Positions 43,839 to 51,762 of a stretch of 55,152 nt of DNA are shown here, piece after piece (the first letter of the stretch is position 1; each line of letters begins with the position of its first letter). The DNA is taken from assembly GCA_934591725.1 (NCBI GenBank), contig CAKTPR010000001.1:1-55152 (forward strand), given 5' to 3'. The position numbers and the translations under genes are program-made. The notes under the pieces were generated by a model that did no database searches, had not been told where the DNA came from, and saw only the letters and a program-made list of their open reading frames with translations. This DNA comes from an uncultured Oscillospiraceae bacterium. Its GTDB lineage: Bacteria > Bacillota > Clostridia > Oscillospirales > Oscillospiraceae.

Positions 43839-44051
43839 TCAGACCATGATTTTGCGAGCCATTTCTTCGCTTATCGCGACTCTGGCTTCCTTGACCTTGA
43901 CGATCACGTTCCCGTTGAGCACGGTGATGAGCGTCGCGGTGCCGCCGGCAACAAAGCCCAGATCCTCAAGATGCTTCTTGACCTCCGGACTGCCGCCGAC
44001 TTTTCGGATCAGATATTCCTCTCCGACATTTGCAAGGGGTAGCGGCATCAT
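43839..44051 (-). CDS. feoA: FeoA family protein (copy 1)
   Basis: 70-aa protein: YLIRKVGGSPEVKKHLEDLGFVAGGTATLITVLNGNVIVKV. Confidence 0.9.
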   Translation of the reverse strand: MMPLPLANVGEEYLIRKVGGSPEVKKHLEDLGFVAGGTATLITVLNGNVIVKVKEARVAISEEMARKIMV

Positions 44052-44070
44052 ATACTCTTTCCGCCTTTCA

Positions 44071-44088
44071 GGTTAGCTTCAACTAACC
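44071..44088. promoter_or_regulatory. GTTA-N8-TAAC dyad, copy B
   Basis: GGTTAGCTTCAACTAACC, starting 19 nt upstream of the first feoA ATG, within the 5' UTR. Confidence 0.5.
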
Positions 44089-44147
44089 ATAGTTGAAAAA
44101 ACTGGTCAGAAGCGGTCGACCGCTGTCGGAGGATGTCTCTTTCAAAC

Positions 44148-44165
44148 GGTTAATCTCTTCTAACT
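44148..44165. promoter_or_regulatory. GTTA-N8-TAAC dyad, copy D
   Basis: GGTTAATCTCTTCTAACT, at the predicted start of the feo transcript. Confidence 0.5.
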
Positions 44166-44171
44166 GAATGC

Positions 44172-44189
44172 AGTTTAACACCTCTAACC
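44172..44189. promoter_or_regulatory. GTTA-N8-TAAC dyad, copy E (one arm mismatch)
   Basis: AGTTTAACACCTCTAACC. It overlaps the -10 hexamer and spacer of the feo promoter. Confidence 0.4.
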
Positions 44190-44200
44190 ATACTTGTCAA
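44172..44200 (-). promoter_or_regulatory. Promoter of the feoA-feoA-feoB operon
   Basis: On the minus strand: TTGACA (44195-44200), a 17-nt spacer, then TAAACT (44172-44177). Confidence 0.55.
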
Positions 44201-44238
44201 GTAGGAATTTAAAGATTTTTTTTCGCACTTGCATTTTT

Positions 44239-44256
44239 GGTTAAAGTATGTTAACT
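44239..44256. promoter_or_regulatory. GTTA-N8-TAAC dyad, copy F
   Basis: GGTTAAAGTATGTTAACT, about 40 nt upstream of the DtxR ATG at 44295. It overlaps the only plausible promoter region. Confidence 0.5.
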
Positions 44257-44294
44257 TATACTAAACAATGACACGGAAGTTGGTGTATTTTAAC

Positions 44295-44672
44295 ATGGCG
44301 ATTCAAAAAGCCGCAGAGGATTATCTTGAAGCGATGCTGATGATGAAGGAGAAGCACGGGTATATCCGCTCTATCGACGTTGCGGAGAAGCTCAATGTCA
44401 CGAAGCCCAGCGTCAGCTATGCGACAAAGCGCCTCAAGGAAAGCGGACATATTACAATGGACAAGGATGGGCTCATCACGCTGACGGAAACCGGCATGGC
44501 GGTAGCCGCGGAGATGCTCAAGCGCCACAAGGCGCTCACGAAGTTCCTCATCATGCTCGGCGTCGATGAGAACACCGCGCAGGAGGACGCCTGCAAGCTG
44601 GAGCATGACCTGAGCCAGCAGTCCTTTGACGCGATCTATTCCCACGCCGCGAGCATGGTCGGGAAAGACTGA
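44295..44672 (+). CDS. DtxR-family metal-dependent repressor (short form, paralogue 1)
   Basis: AAEDYLEAMLMMKEKHGYIRSIDVAEKLNVTKPSVSYATKRLKESGHI is the HTH. EDACKLEH reproduces the C-x2-E-H primary metal site of DtxR. The start is ATG 44295 or 44268. Confidence 0.85.
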   Translation: MAIQKAAEDYLEAMLMMKEKHGYIRSIDVAEKLNVTKPSVSYATKRLKESGHITMDKDGLITLTETGMAVAAEMLKRHKALTKFLIMLGVDENTAQEDACKLEHDLSQQSFDAIYSHAASMVGKD

Positions 44673-44702
44673 GATGGCGGAAAGCAAAGCTTCACTATGT
44701 AA

Positions 44703-44721
44703 TTTATGAGTCACTCATAAA
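44703..44721. repeat. Perfect palindrome TTTATGAGT-C-ACTCATAAA
   Basis: Read directly from the sequence. It lies 30 nt after the dtxR stop and upstream of the PNPOx-like gene. Confidence 0.6.
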
Positions 44722-44811
44722 CCGACCCATATCTTCCGTTCCATTTGTATCCGCTCTATAATGAGCGCAGCAGATGAGCCAAAGGGCTCAGAATACAAGG
44801 AGGAACCTATC

Positions 44812-45207
44812 ATGCTGAATGAAAACATTGTGAAGCTGCTCAAGAGCGGAATGTGGGATCTGGCCACCTGCGCCGACGGTGAGCCCAATGTGGTGCCTGT
44901 CGCGTTCAAGGACGTGACGACAGACGGGAAGCTGGTCGTCGGTGATGTGTTTCTGGACACAACACTGAAAAACCTTGCCGCAAACAACGGCAGGATCGCT
45001 ATTTCGGTTTACGATGCGCAGAACCTCGAAGGCTATCAGGTCAAGGGCACGGCGCAGTATGTCACCGAGGGCGAAGTGGTCAGCACTTTCAAGGCTATGG
45101 TAGAAAAGATGTTCAACGGTGCTGCCACCGCGAAGGGAGCACTCATCGTCACGCCTGAGAAGGTCATTGTTACCACCCCCGGCGCGGACAACAAGAAAGA
45201 GCTGTAA
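44812..45207 (+). CDS. Pyridoxamine 5'-phosphate oxidase-like FMN-binding split-barrel protein
   Basis: ORF trimmed to ATG 44812, with AAGGAGGA upstream. Segments include LATCADGEPNVVPVAFKDVTTDGKLVVGDVFL and GYQVKGTAQYV. Confidence 0.7.
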   Translation: MLNENIVKLLKSGMWDLATCADGEPNVVPVAFKDVTTDGKLVVGDVFLDTTLKNLAANNGRIAISVYDAQNLEGYQVKGTAQYVTEGEVVSTFKAMVEKMFNGAATAKGALIVTPEKVIVTTPGADNKKEL

Positions 45208-45210
45208 AGC

Positions 45211-45240
45211 ATGAGTGGGTACAGATTGGTACCCACTCAT
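45211..45240. repeat. 12-bp-arm inverted repeat ATGAGTGGGTAC-N6-GTACCCACTCAT
   Basis: Read directly from the sequence. It starts 4 nt after the PNPOx-like stop and lies 67 nt upstream of the hxlR ATG. It shares the outer ATGAGT/ACTCATAAA arms with the palindrome at 44703-44721. Confidence 0.6.
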
Positions 45241-45255
45241 AAATTTCATAGTTAC

Positions 45256-45284
45256 TTGTTTCTCGGCGCATATCCCGTTATAAT
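45256..45284 (+). promoter_or_regulatory. Candidate promoter of hxlR-patB
   Basis: TTGTTT (45256-45261), a 17-nt spacer, then TATAAT (45279-45284). Confidence 0.5.
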
Positions 45285-45306
45285 AAAAAATACAGGAGGT
45301 ACAGCT

Positions 45307-45681
45307 ATGTATCAGAGAAAGCTGGAAAGGGATATCCGCTGCCCGCTGGAATACGGCATGGAGCTGTTCGGCGGGAAGTGGAACTCGCGCATCATATGCG
45401 TGCTGGCGGCGCTGGGTACGCTGCGGTACAGCGAGCTGCGCCGCGAGATGGGCAACATCACCGATGCGGTGCTGGCCTCCACGCTGAAAGGTCTCATCGC
45501 CAACGGCATTGTGGAACGCAGGTCATACGATGAAATACCGCCGCGCGTGGAATATTCACTGACGGAAAAGGGCGCGTCCGTTGTTCCAATCTTACAGAGC
45601 ATCTGCCAATGGGCAGGCGTGTTTTATAAGGACGAGGGTGACACGCCCATGATCCAGTGCCGTAAATGCGACCATCGCTGA
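45307..45681 (+). CDS. HxlR-family transcriptional regulator
   Basis: ORF trimmed to ATG 45307, with AGGAGG upstream. CPLEYGMELFGGKWNSRIICVLAALGTLRYSELRREMGNITDAVLASTLKGLIANGIVERRSYDEIPPRVEYSLTEKG is the HxlR pattern. Confidence 0.9.
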   Translation: MYQRKLERDIRCPLEYGMELFGGKWNSRIICVLAALGTLRYSELRREMGNITDAVLASTLKGLIANGIVERRSYDEIPPRVEYSLTEKGASVVPILQSICQWAGVFYKDEGDTPMIQCRKCDHR

Positions 45682-45703
45682 AAAAACAGGAGGGAAATTT
45701 GCC

Positions 45704-46918
45704 ATGACTTACAACTTTGATGAGATCATTGACCGCCGGCATACCAATGCGCTGAACACCGACGGTTTCCGGGGCTACATTTTTCATGCAGGGCCGGAAA
45801 AGGTGTTCCCATACAAGGACGAGGAGTTCGTCCGTATGTGGGTGGCCGACATGGAGTTCGGCGTCGCGCCGGAAATACTGGACGCTCTGCGTCAGCGCAT
45901 AGACCGCCGCATCTTCGGTTATACGGGACTGTACGACGATGAATACTACAACGCGTTCTCCAAGTGGTGCAAGGAACACTACGATTGGAGTTTCCCACAG
46001 GAGCAGCTGTGCATCTCTCCGGGCATCATCCCCGCTCTGTACCAGCTGACGGAGACACTGTGCACCAAGGATGAAAAAGTGCTGGTGAACACCCCGGCCT
46101 ACGGCTACTTTGTCCATGCGGCGGAATACGCCGGTGTAGGCGTGCTGACCTCACCGCTCCATAAGAAGTCCGACGGCACCTTCGAAATGGATTTCGAGGA
46201 CTTTGAGAAGAAGTGCGCTGACCCTGCCTGCAAGCTGGTGTTCTGGTGCAACCCACAGAACCCGACCGGGCGGATGTGGACGGAGGAGGAGCTGCGGAAG
46301 GCTGCCGCAATCATTGAAAAGTATAATCTGTGGGTGGTGTCCGACGAGATACACTGCGACCTGATACGCTGCGGACTTCGCCATATTCCCATGGCTAAAG
46401 TGATGACTGATTATCCCAAGCTCATCACCTGCATGGCTCCCAGCAAGACCTTCAATCTGGCAGGACTGGCTTTTTCCAACATTATTATTCGGGACAAGGC
46501 GCTGCGGAGCCGCTTCCAAGACCGGGACAAGCTGTTCGGTATGGTCAATCCTCTATCTCTGACAGCAGCAAAAGCCGCCTACGAATGCGGCGGCGCATGG
46601 CATGAGGCACTGAAAAAATATCTGGACGGGAACTTTGCTTTTGTAAAAGAGTTTCTTTCCCGTGAACTGCCCAAAGCTGTCATGTACATACCGGAGGCTA
46701 CCTATCTGACATGGGTGGACATGGGCAAATGCCTGCCGGACGGCACAGACCTGCCCGACTTCTTCGCAAACAAAGCAGGTGTGCTGCTGGAGGGTGGGAA
46801 CGCCCTGTTTGTAGGCAATGCCGCCGGATATATCCGGCTGAATCTGGCAATGCCCCGCAGCATTATTGAGACAGGCCTGCAGCGCATGGCGGACGCCATA
46901 CGCCAGGAGCAAGAATAA
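45704..46918 (+). CDS. patB: MalY/PatB-family PLP-dependent C-S lyase (cystathionine beta-lyase type)
   Basis: N-terminus MTYNFDEIIDRRHTNALN. NPQNPTGRMWTEEEL and SDEIHCDL are present. APSKTFNLAGL contains the PLP lysine. Confidence 0.85.
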   Translation: MTYNFDEIIDRRHTNALNTDGFRGYIFHAGPEKVFPYKDEEFVRMWVADMEFGVAPEILDALRQRIDRRIFGYTGLYDDEYYNAFSKWCKEHYDWSFPQEQLCISPGIIPALYQLTETLCTKDEKVLVNTPAYGYFVHAAEYAGVGVLTSPLHKKSDGTFEMDFEDFEKKCADPACKLVFWCNPQNPTGRMWTEEELRKAAAIIEKYNLWVVSDEIHCDLIRCGLRHIPMAKVMTDYPKLITCMAPSKTFNLAGLAFSNIIIRDKALRSRFQDRDKLFGMVNPLSLTAAKAAYECGGAWHEALKKYLDGNFAFVKEFLSRELPKAVMYIPEATYLTWVDMGKCLPDGTDLPDFFANKAGVLLEGGNALFVGNAAGYIRLNLAMPRSIIETGLQRMADAIRQEQE

Positions 46919-46937
46919 AAACACAATAACAACCAAT

Positions 46938-46971
46938 AAAAATGCAGAGAGCTTTTGCTCTCTGCATTTTT
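46938..46971. terminator. Bidirectional terminator
   Basis: AAAAATGCAGAGAGC (46938-46952), loop TTTT, then GCTCTCTGCATTTTT (46957-46971). Confidence 0.85.
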
Positions 46972-46982
46972 ATGTAATAGAA

Positions 46983-47723
46983 TCACAGATAGAATTTCGG
47001 TTCCTTGCGTCCGGCGCACATTTTGATGAGCGCGGCGGAGGCGGCAAGCTGCATCGCCTTGGGGACGCGGCGCTGGGAGAACGGACACATGCTCACGCAG
47101 CGCATGCAGCTGATGCACTTGCTCTTGTCGGTGTGCTGCGGGTCGCCCGGATCGATGGCCTCGGTCGGGCACTCCTGTGCGCAGGTGCCGCAGCCGGAGC
47201 ACTTGGAGCTTGAGGTCGGGTACACAGGGATGCCCTTATATTCTTTGTACGGGCGCTTGCCGGGCATGGCGACGGGGGTAAGCTCCTGCTTTGCCATGAG
47301 GGAAGAGAGAAACTTGTTGAGCGCGGCGATATCGGACGCATCGGGACGGCCTGCGCCGAAGCGCTTGTCGATAGAGTGCGGGGCGATCATCTCCGCGCCG
47401 CCGACTACCTTGAAGCCGCGGTTGAGACACAGGTCGCTCATTTCGAGCAGAGCGTCCTCAACAGCACGGTTGCCGTAAACGGCCACGAGCACGGCCTTTG
47501 CGCCGTTGCCGTGGACATAGCTCATGCGGTCATACATCGGGGTGGGGAGCCTGCCGCCGTAGACAGGGAAGCAGAAGAACACAAGGTCATCGGAGGAAAA
47601 GCTGACCTCATAGCCGCGGGTGGTGTAATCGTAGGGGGCTGCAACATTCAGCTCGTTTGCGATGAGCTGGGCGACCTTCTCAACGCCGCCGGTGGGGCTG
47701 AAGCAGATGATCGTGGTTTTCAT
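46983..47723 (-). CDS. EFR1-type flavodoxin-domain protein with a 2x[4Fe-4S] ferredoxin domain
   Basis: The N-terminus MKTTIICFSPTGGVEKVA is flavodoxin-like. Two cluster motifs are present: CSGCGTCAQECP and CISCMRCVSMCP. Confidence 0.75.
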   Translation of the reverse strand: MKTTIICFSPTGGVEKVAQLIANELNVAAPYDYTTRGYEVSFSSDDLVFFCFPVYGGRLPTPMYDRMSYVHGNGAKAVLVAVYGNRAVEDALLEMSDLCLNRGFKVVGGAEMIAPHSIDKRFGAGRPDASDIAALNKFLSSLMAKQELTPVAMPGKRPYKEYKGIPVYPTSSSKCSGCGTCAQECPTEAIDPGDPQHTDKSKCISCMRCVSMCPFSQRRVPKAMQLAASAALIKMCAGRKEPKFYL

Positions 47724-47796
47724 TAATTCACCTCATATTTTTACGGCGCTCCGCCGTGACAGCAGAGCACGGCGGGCGCGCCATTCTTTCACGATA

Positions 47797-49248
47797 TCAG
47801 ATGCGCTTCCACGTTACGCCGTGGGGGATGTCGGTAAGCTCGATGCCGGAAGCCTTGAGCTCGTCGCGGATGCGGTCGGCCTCGGCGTAGTTCTTGGCCT
47901 TCTTTGCGTCCTGACGTGCCTGTATTCTGGCCTCGACCTCAGCGTCGGCCTCGCCGGACTCGGAGACGATTGTGAACGCACCGGCGGCGACATTCTGCTT
48001 CTTCAGCTCCTCGCGTCTTGCGTCGGCCTTCTCGATAAGGCTCAGGCTCAGCACACGGTCAAAGTCCGCAATGGTGGCGAGCTTGGTCGCGTCGTTGGTC
48101 TTGTACTTGAGCACATCATACAGCGCGGTGACGGCGAGGGAGGTGTTGAGGTCGTTGTCCATCGCGGCGCAGAACTTCTCCTTCATCGCGGTCATGGCGG
48201 CGGCGTCAACTTCGCCGTCGCCGGGCTTGAGCGCGGCGATGCGGTTTATGAGCTTATTGAACGCGGCCTGCGCGTTGTCGAGATTTTCCCAGGTAAAGAC
48301 GAGGTTGTTGCGGTAGTGGCTCTGGAGGCAGAAGAGACGGTAGGCGAGGGGATCATAGCCCTTTTCCTGGAGCAGAGAGACGGTGAGAAACTCGCCGCTC
48401 GACTTGCTCATCTTGCCGTGGCTGGTGTTCAGGTGGTGAACATGCATCCAGAAATTGCACCAATGATGGCCGAGATAGGACTCGGACTGGGCGATTTCGT
48501 TGGTGTGGTGGGGGAAAGCGTTATCGATGCCGCCGCAGTGGATATCAAGATCCTCGCCGAGATGCTTCATGGAAATGCCGGAGCACTCAATGTGCCAGCC
48601 GGGGTAGCCGACGCCCCAGGGGGAGTCCCATTTCAGCGCCTGATCCTCGAACTTGGACTTGGTGAACCAGAGGACAAAGTCGTTCTTGTTGCGCTTGTTG
48701 GTGTCCTCATCGACGCCCTCGCGCACACCGACGGCGAGATCGTCCTGATTGAAGTCGTTGAAGACATAGTAGCGTTCGAGCTTGGAGGTATCAAAGTACA
48801 CATTGCCGCCGGCAAGGTAGGCATAGCCGGTGTCAAGGAGCTTGGTGATGATGCGGATATAGTCGTCGATGCAGTTGGTCGCAGGTTCGACGACGTCGGG
48901 GCGCTTGATGTTGAGCTTCTGGCAGTCGGAGAAGAAAGCGTCGGTATAGAACTTTGCGATCTCCATGACGCTCTTGTGCTCGCGCTTTGCGCCCTTGAGC
49001 ATCTTGTCCTCGCCCTCGTCTGCATCGGAGGTCAGGTGGCCGACATCGGTTATGTTCATGACGCGCTTGACATTGTAGCCGAGGTAGCGCAGGTACTTTT
49101 CGAGAATATCCTCCATGATGTAGGAGCGGAGGTTGCCGATGTGGGCAAAGTGATAGACCGTGGGGCCGCAGGTGTACATCTTGACGATGTCGGGATGGTT
49201 GGGGACAAACTCGTCCTTGGTTCTGGTAGCGGAATTATATAATTTCAT
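47797..49248 (-). CDS. cysS: Cysteine--tRNA ligase
   Basis: MYTCGPTVYHFAHIGNLR is the HIGH region and GKMSKSSG is the KMSKS motif. The protein is 483 aa long. Confidence 0.95.
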   Translation of the reverse strand: MKLYNSATRTKDEFVPNHPDIVKMYTCGPTVYHFAHIGNLRSYIMEDILEKYLRYLGYNVKRVMNITDVGHLTSDADEGEDKMLKGAKREHKSVMEIAKFYTDAFFSDCQKLNIKRPDVVEPATNCIDDYIRIITKLLDTGYAYLAGGNVYFDTSKLERYYVFNDFNQDDLAVGVREGVDEDTNKRNKNDFVLWFTKSKFEDQALKWDSPWGVGYPGWHIECSGISMKHLGEDLDIHCGGIDNAFPHHTNEIAQSESYLGHHWCNFWMHVHHLNTSHGKMSKSSGEFLTVSLLQEKGYDPLAYRLFCLQSHYRNNLVFTWENLDNAQAAFNKLINRIAALKPGDGEVDAAAMTAMKEKFCAAMDNDLNTSLAVTALYDVLKYKTNDATKLATIADFDRVLSLSLIEKADARREELKKQNVAAGAFTIVSESGEADAEVEARIQARQDAKKAKNYAEADRIRDELKASGIELTDIPHGVTWKRI

Positions 49249-49283
49249 AATAATTGCTCCTTATAATTGCTAATTGCTGCTTA

Positions 49284-49805
49284 TCAGTCAGCGTTTTTGA
49301 ATACGTCACGGTTGACGCAGAAGTACTCTATGCCGGAATAAAGCGTGGTGATGACGATGATCGCGGTGCAGACGATGTTGACAGCCGGGTACTGACCAAA
49401 CACCAGCATTGTACCGAGACCGACCATGGTGCAGCCGGTCTTGAGCTTGCCGGAGATGGCCGCGGCGATGACGCGTCCCTGCTCGACGGCGAGCAGACGG
49501 AGCCCCGACACCGCAAACTCACGGAACAGCACGATAGCGACGCACCATGCGGGCATCTGGCCGCGCTCGATGAAGATGCACATTGCCGCGAGCACAAGCA
49601 TTTTATCTGCCAGCGGATCCATGAACTTGCCGAAGTTCGAGACCTGATTATAGTGGCGCGCTATGTAGCCGTCGGCAACGTCAGAGAGACAGGCGATGAT
49701 ATACACCGCGAGCGCCCAGCCGAAAAGGTTCTGGTACGCGAGAACCATGAATACCGGGATAAGGATGATGCGGAAAATGGTGATCTTGTTTGCGGTCGTG
49801 TTCAT
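49284..49805 (-). CDS. pgsA: CDP-diacylglycerol--glycerol-3-phosphate 3-phosphatidyltransferase
   Basis: The CDP-alcohol phosphatidyltransferase motif is DVADGYIARHYNQVSNFGKFMDPLADK. Confidence 0.9.
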   Translation of the reverse strand: MNTTANKITIFRIILIPVFMVLAYQNLFGWALAVYIIACLSDVADGYIARHYNQVSNFGKFMDPLADKMLVLAAMCIFIERGQMPAWCVAIVLFREFAVSGLRLLAVEQGRVIAAAISGKLKTGCTMVGLGTMLVFGQYPAVNIVCTAIIVITTLYSGIEYFCVNRDVFKNAD

Positions 49806-49820
49806 ACCGGAACCTCCTGT

Positions 49821-51137
49821 TTATATCTCTTCACCGTAGAGGATGCCGTCCTCAGCTTCGAGGATGCGCACGCTCGTCATATCGCCGTCGCGGCAGCTGC
49901 CCTTGAAGAACACCTGACCGTCGATATCGGGCGAATCGGCATAGCTGCGGCCGTAGAGCATACCGGCTTCCTCGTCGTAGCCCTCGCAGAGGACGCGGAT
50001 CGTTTTTCCGCAGAAGCCCTGACAGAACTCGTCCATTATCGTCGCCTGAAGCTCCATGATAAGGTCAGCGCGGCGCTGCGCTTCCTCCTCATCCACATGC
50101 TCCATCTTTGCAGCCGGCGTACCCTCCTCAGGGGAGAACGGGAACACGCCGACGCGCTCGATGCGCGCTTCCTTGAGAAACTCGCACAGCTCCTCAAACT
50201 CCGCCTCGCCCTCGCCGGGAAGCCCCGCGATAAGGCTGGTGCGGATGACAAGGCCGGGGATGCGCTCGCGCAGCTTCTTGAAGAGCACGCGGATATCCTC
50301 GCCGGTGCCGCGGCGGTTCATGATCTTGAGTATATGGTCGTTTATGTGCTGGATGGGTATATCCAGATATTTTACTATTTTGGGGTTATTTGCGATCTCG
50401 TCGATAAGCTCCTCATCGAACTGGTCGACATAGAGGTAGTGGAGCCTTATCCACTCGATGCCGTCTATCCCGGACAGGCGGCGGCAAAGCTCGGCCAGAC
50501 AGCGCCTGCCGTACAGGTCGGTGCCGTAGCGGGTGATGTCCTGCGCGATGACGATAAGCTCCTTGACGCCGTGAGAAGCGAGATCGCGCGCCTCCTCGAT
50601 GATGTTCTCCATATCGCGGGAGCGGTAGCGGCCGCGGATGAAGGGGATGGCACAGAAGGCGCAGAAGTTGTTGCAGCCCTCGGCGATGCGCAGATATGCC
50701 CAGCCCGGGCCGGTGGAGACAACGCGGGGTATCTCGTCAACGGGGGCGCTGTTGTCGCCGAAGGCGCTCGTACATCGCCCCGCCATTACGGCGTCCGCCG
50801 CACTGACGATATCGCCGAAGCTGCCGACGCCGAGCACGGCGTCAATTTCCGGCATCTCGGACATGATGCTGTCCTTATATCTCTCGGCAAGACAGCCGGT
50901 GACGATAAGCCCGCCGAGCTTGCCGGCCTTCTTGAGCTGAGCCATTTCAAGGATGTTGTCGATAGCCTCGCTCTTCGCCGCGTCAATAAAGCCGCAGGTG
51001 TTCACGATGGCAAGGTCTGCTCCCTCCGGATCGGGGACGAGCGTATAGCCCGCCTCGCTCATGAGGTAGAGCATCTGTTCGCTGTTGACAAGATTCTTGG
51101 CACAGCCGAGAGAGATCATCGCAAAGGTTTTTTCCAT
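49821..51137 (-). CDS. rimO: Ribosomal protein S12 methylthiotransferase RimO
   Basis: ORF trimmed to ATG 51137, which avoids overlap with recX. ISLGCAKNLVNSE...VNTCGFI is the UPF0004 domain. CNNFCAFC is the radical-SAM motif. A C-terminal TRAM domain is present. Confidence 0.9.
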   Translation of the reverse strand: MEKTFAMISLGCAKNLVNSEQMLYLMSEAGYTLVPDPEGADLAIVNTCGFIDAAKSEAIDNILEMAQLKKAGKLGGLIVTGCLAERYKDSIMSEMPEIDAVLGVGSFGDIVSAADAVMAGRCTSAFGDNSAPVDEIPRVVSTGPGWAYLRIAEGCNNFCAFCAIPFIRGRYRSRDMENIIEEARDLASHGVKELIVIAQDITRYGTDLYGRRCLAELCRRLSGIDGIEWIRLHYLYVDQFDEELIDEIANNPKIVKYLDIPIQHINDHILKIMNRRGTGEDIRVLFKKLRERIPGLVIRTSLIAGLPGEGEAEFEELCEFLKEARIERVGVFPFSPEEGTPAAKMEHVDEEEAQRRADLIMELQATIMDEFCQGFCGKTIRVLCEGYDEEAGMLYGRSYADSPDIDGQVFFKGSCRDGDMTSVRILEAEDGILYGEEI

Positions 51138-51144
51138 GGTAAAA

Positions 51145-51756
51145 TCAGTCCTCTGTAATATCCGCACTGAAGCGGTTCAGTGCTTCGCGTATGTCCTCCC
51201 ATGAGTAGCCGCGGCGGAAGAGCGCGGCGCTGACCTTTCTGACCTGATCGCGGTCTTCGGGATCGGTCAGCCGGGAGGAGATGAATTTGTCTATCTTTGA
51301 ATCGTCACTGGGCGCGGCGTCAAGCACCTCGTCCCACATATCGCGGTCAATGCCGCGGCGCGAAAGCTCGGAGCGGATGCGCCCCGGCCCGTAGCCCTTG
51401 GCGCTGTAATGCCGGGCAACGGCGGCAGCGTAGCTCGCGTCGTCGACGAGCCCGCGCTCGGAAAGCCACGCGGCACAGTATGCGGCGTCCTCCTCGTCAC
51501 AGCCCTTGTCGGTGAGCTTTTTCTCAAGCTCCTTCCGGCTCATGGCGCGGCGGGAGAGATACTCCAGCGCCTTCTCGCGCGTGAGGGCACGGCGCGATTC
51601 GCGCTCAAGCTCCTCAAGTCCGCCCTCGTCAAGCTCGCGCCCGGAGAACAGGCGCAGATCTGTCACGACGCCGAGAGTGGTTTTTATCTCGCGTTCATCC
51701 TCCAGCGTGACGGTGAGCCGTCCGGGGGAGGTCTGCTTTATCGCGGTAATGAGCAC
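51145..51756 (-). CDS. recX: Regulatory protein RecX
   Basis: The gene is immediately downstream of recA. The helical repeats ALEYLSRRAMSRKELEKKL..., AAWLSERGLVDDASYA... and LFRRGYSWEDI fit RecX. Confidence 0.85.
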   Translation of the reverse strand: MLITAIKQTSPGRLTVTLEDEREIKTTLGVVTDLRLFSGRELDEGGLEELERESRRALTREKALEYLSRRAMSRKELEKKLTDKGCDEEDAAYCAAWLSERGLVDDASYAAAVARHYSAKGYGPGRIRSELSRRGIDRDMWDEVLDAAPSDDSKIDKFISSRLTDPEDRDQVRKVSAALFRRGYSWEDIREALNRFSADITED

Positions 51757-51762
51757 CGGCTA

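Noticed and set aside
47662-49242. 526-aa plus-strand ORF opposite cysS.
   Set aside because: It is a shadow ORF of cysS, for the same reasons as the other antisense ORFs.
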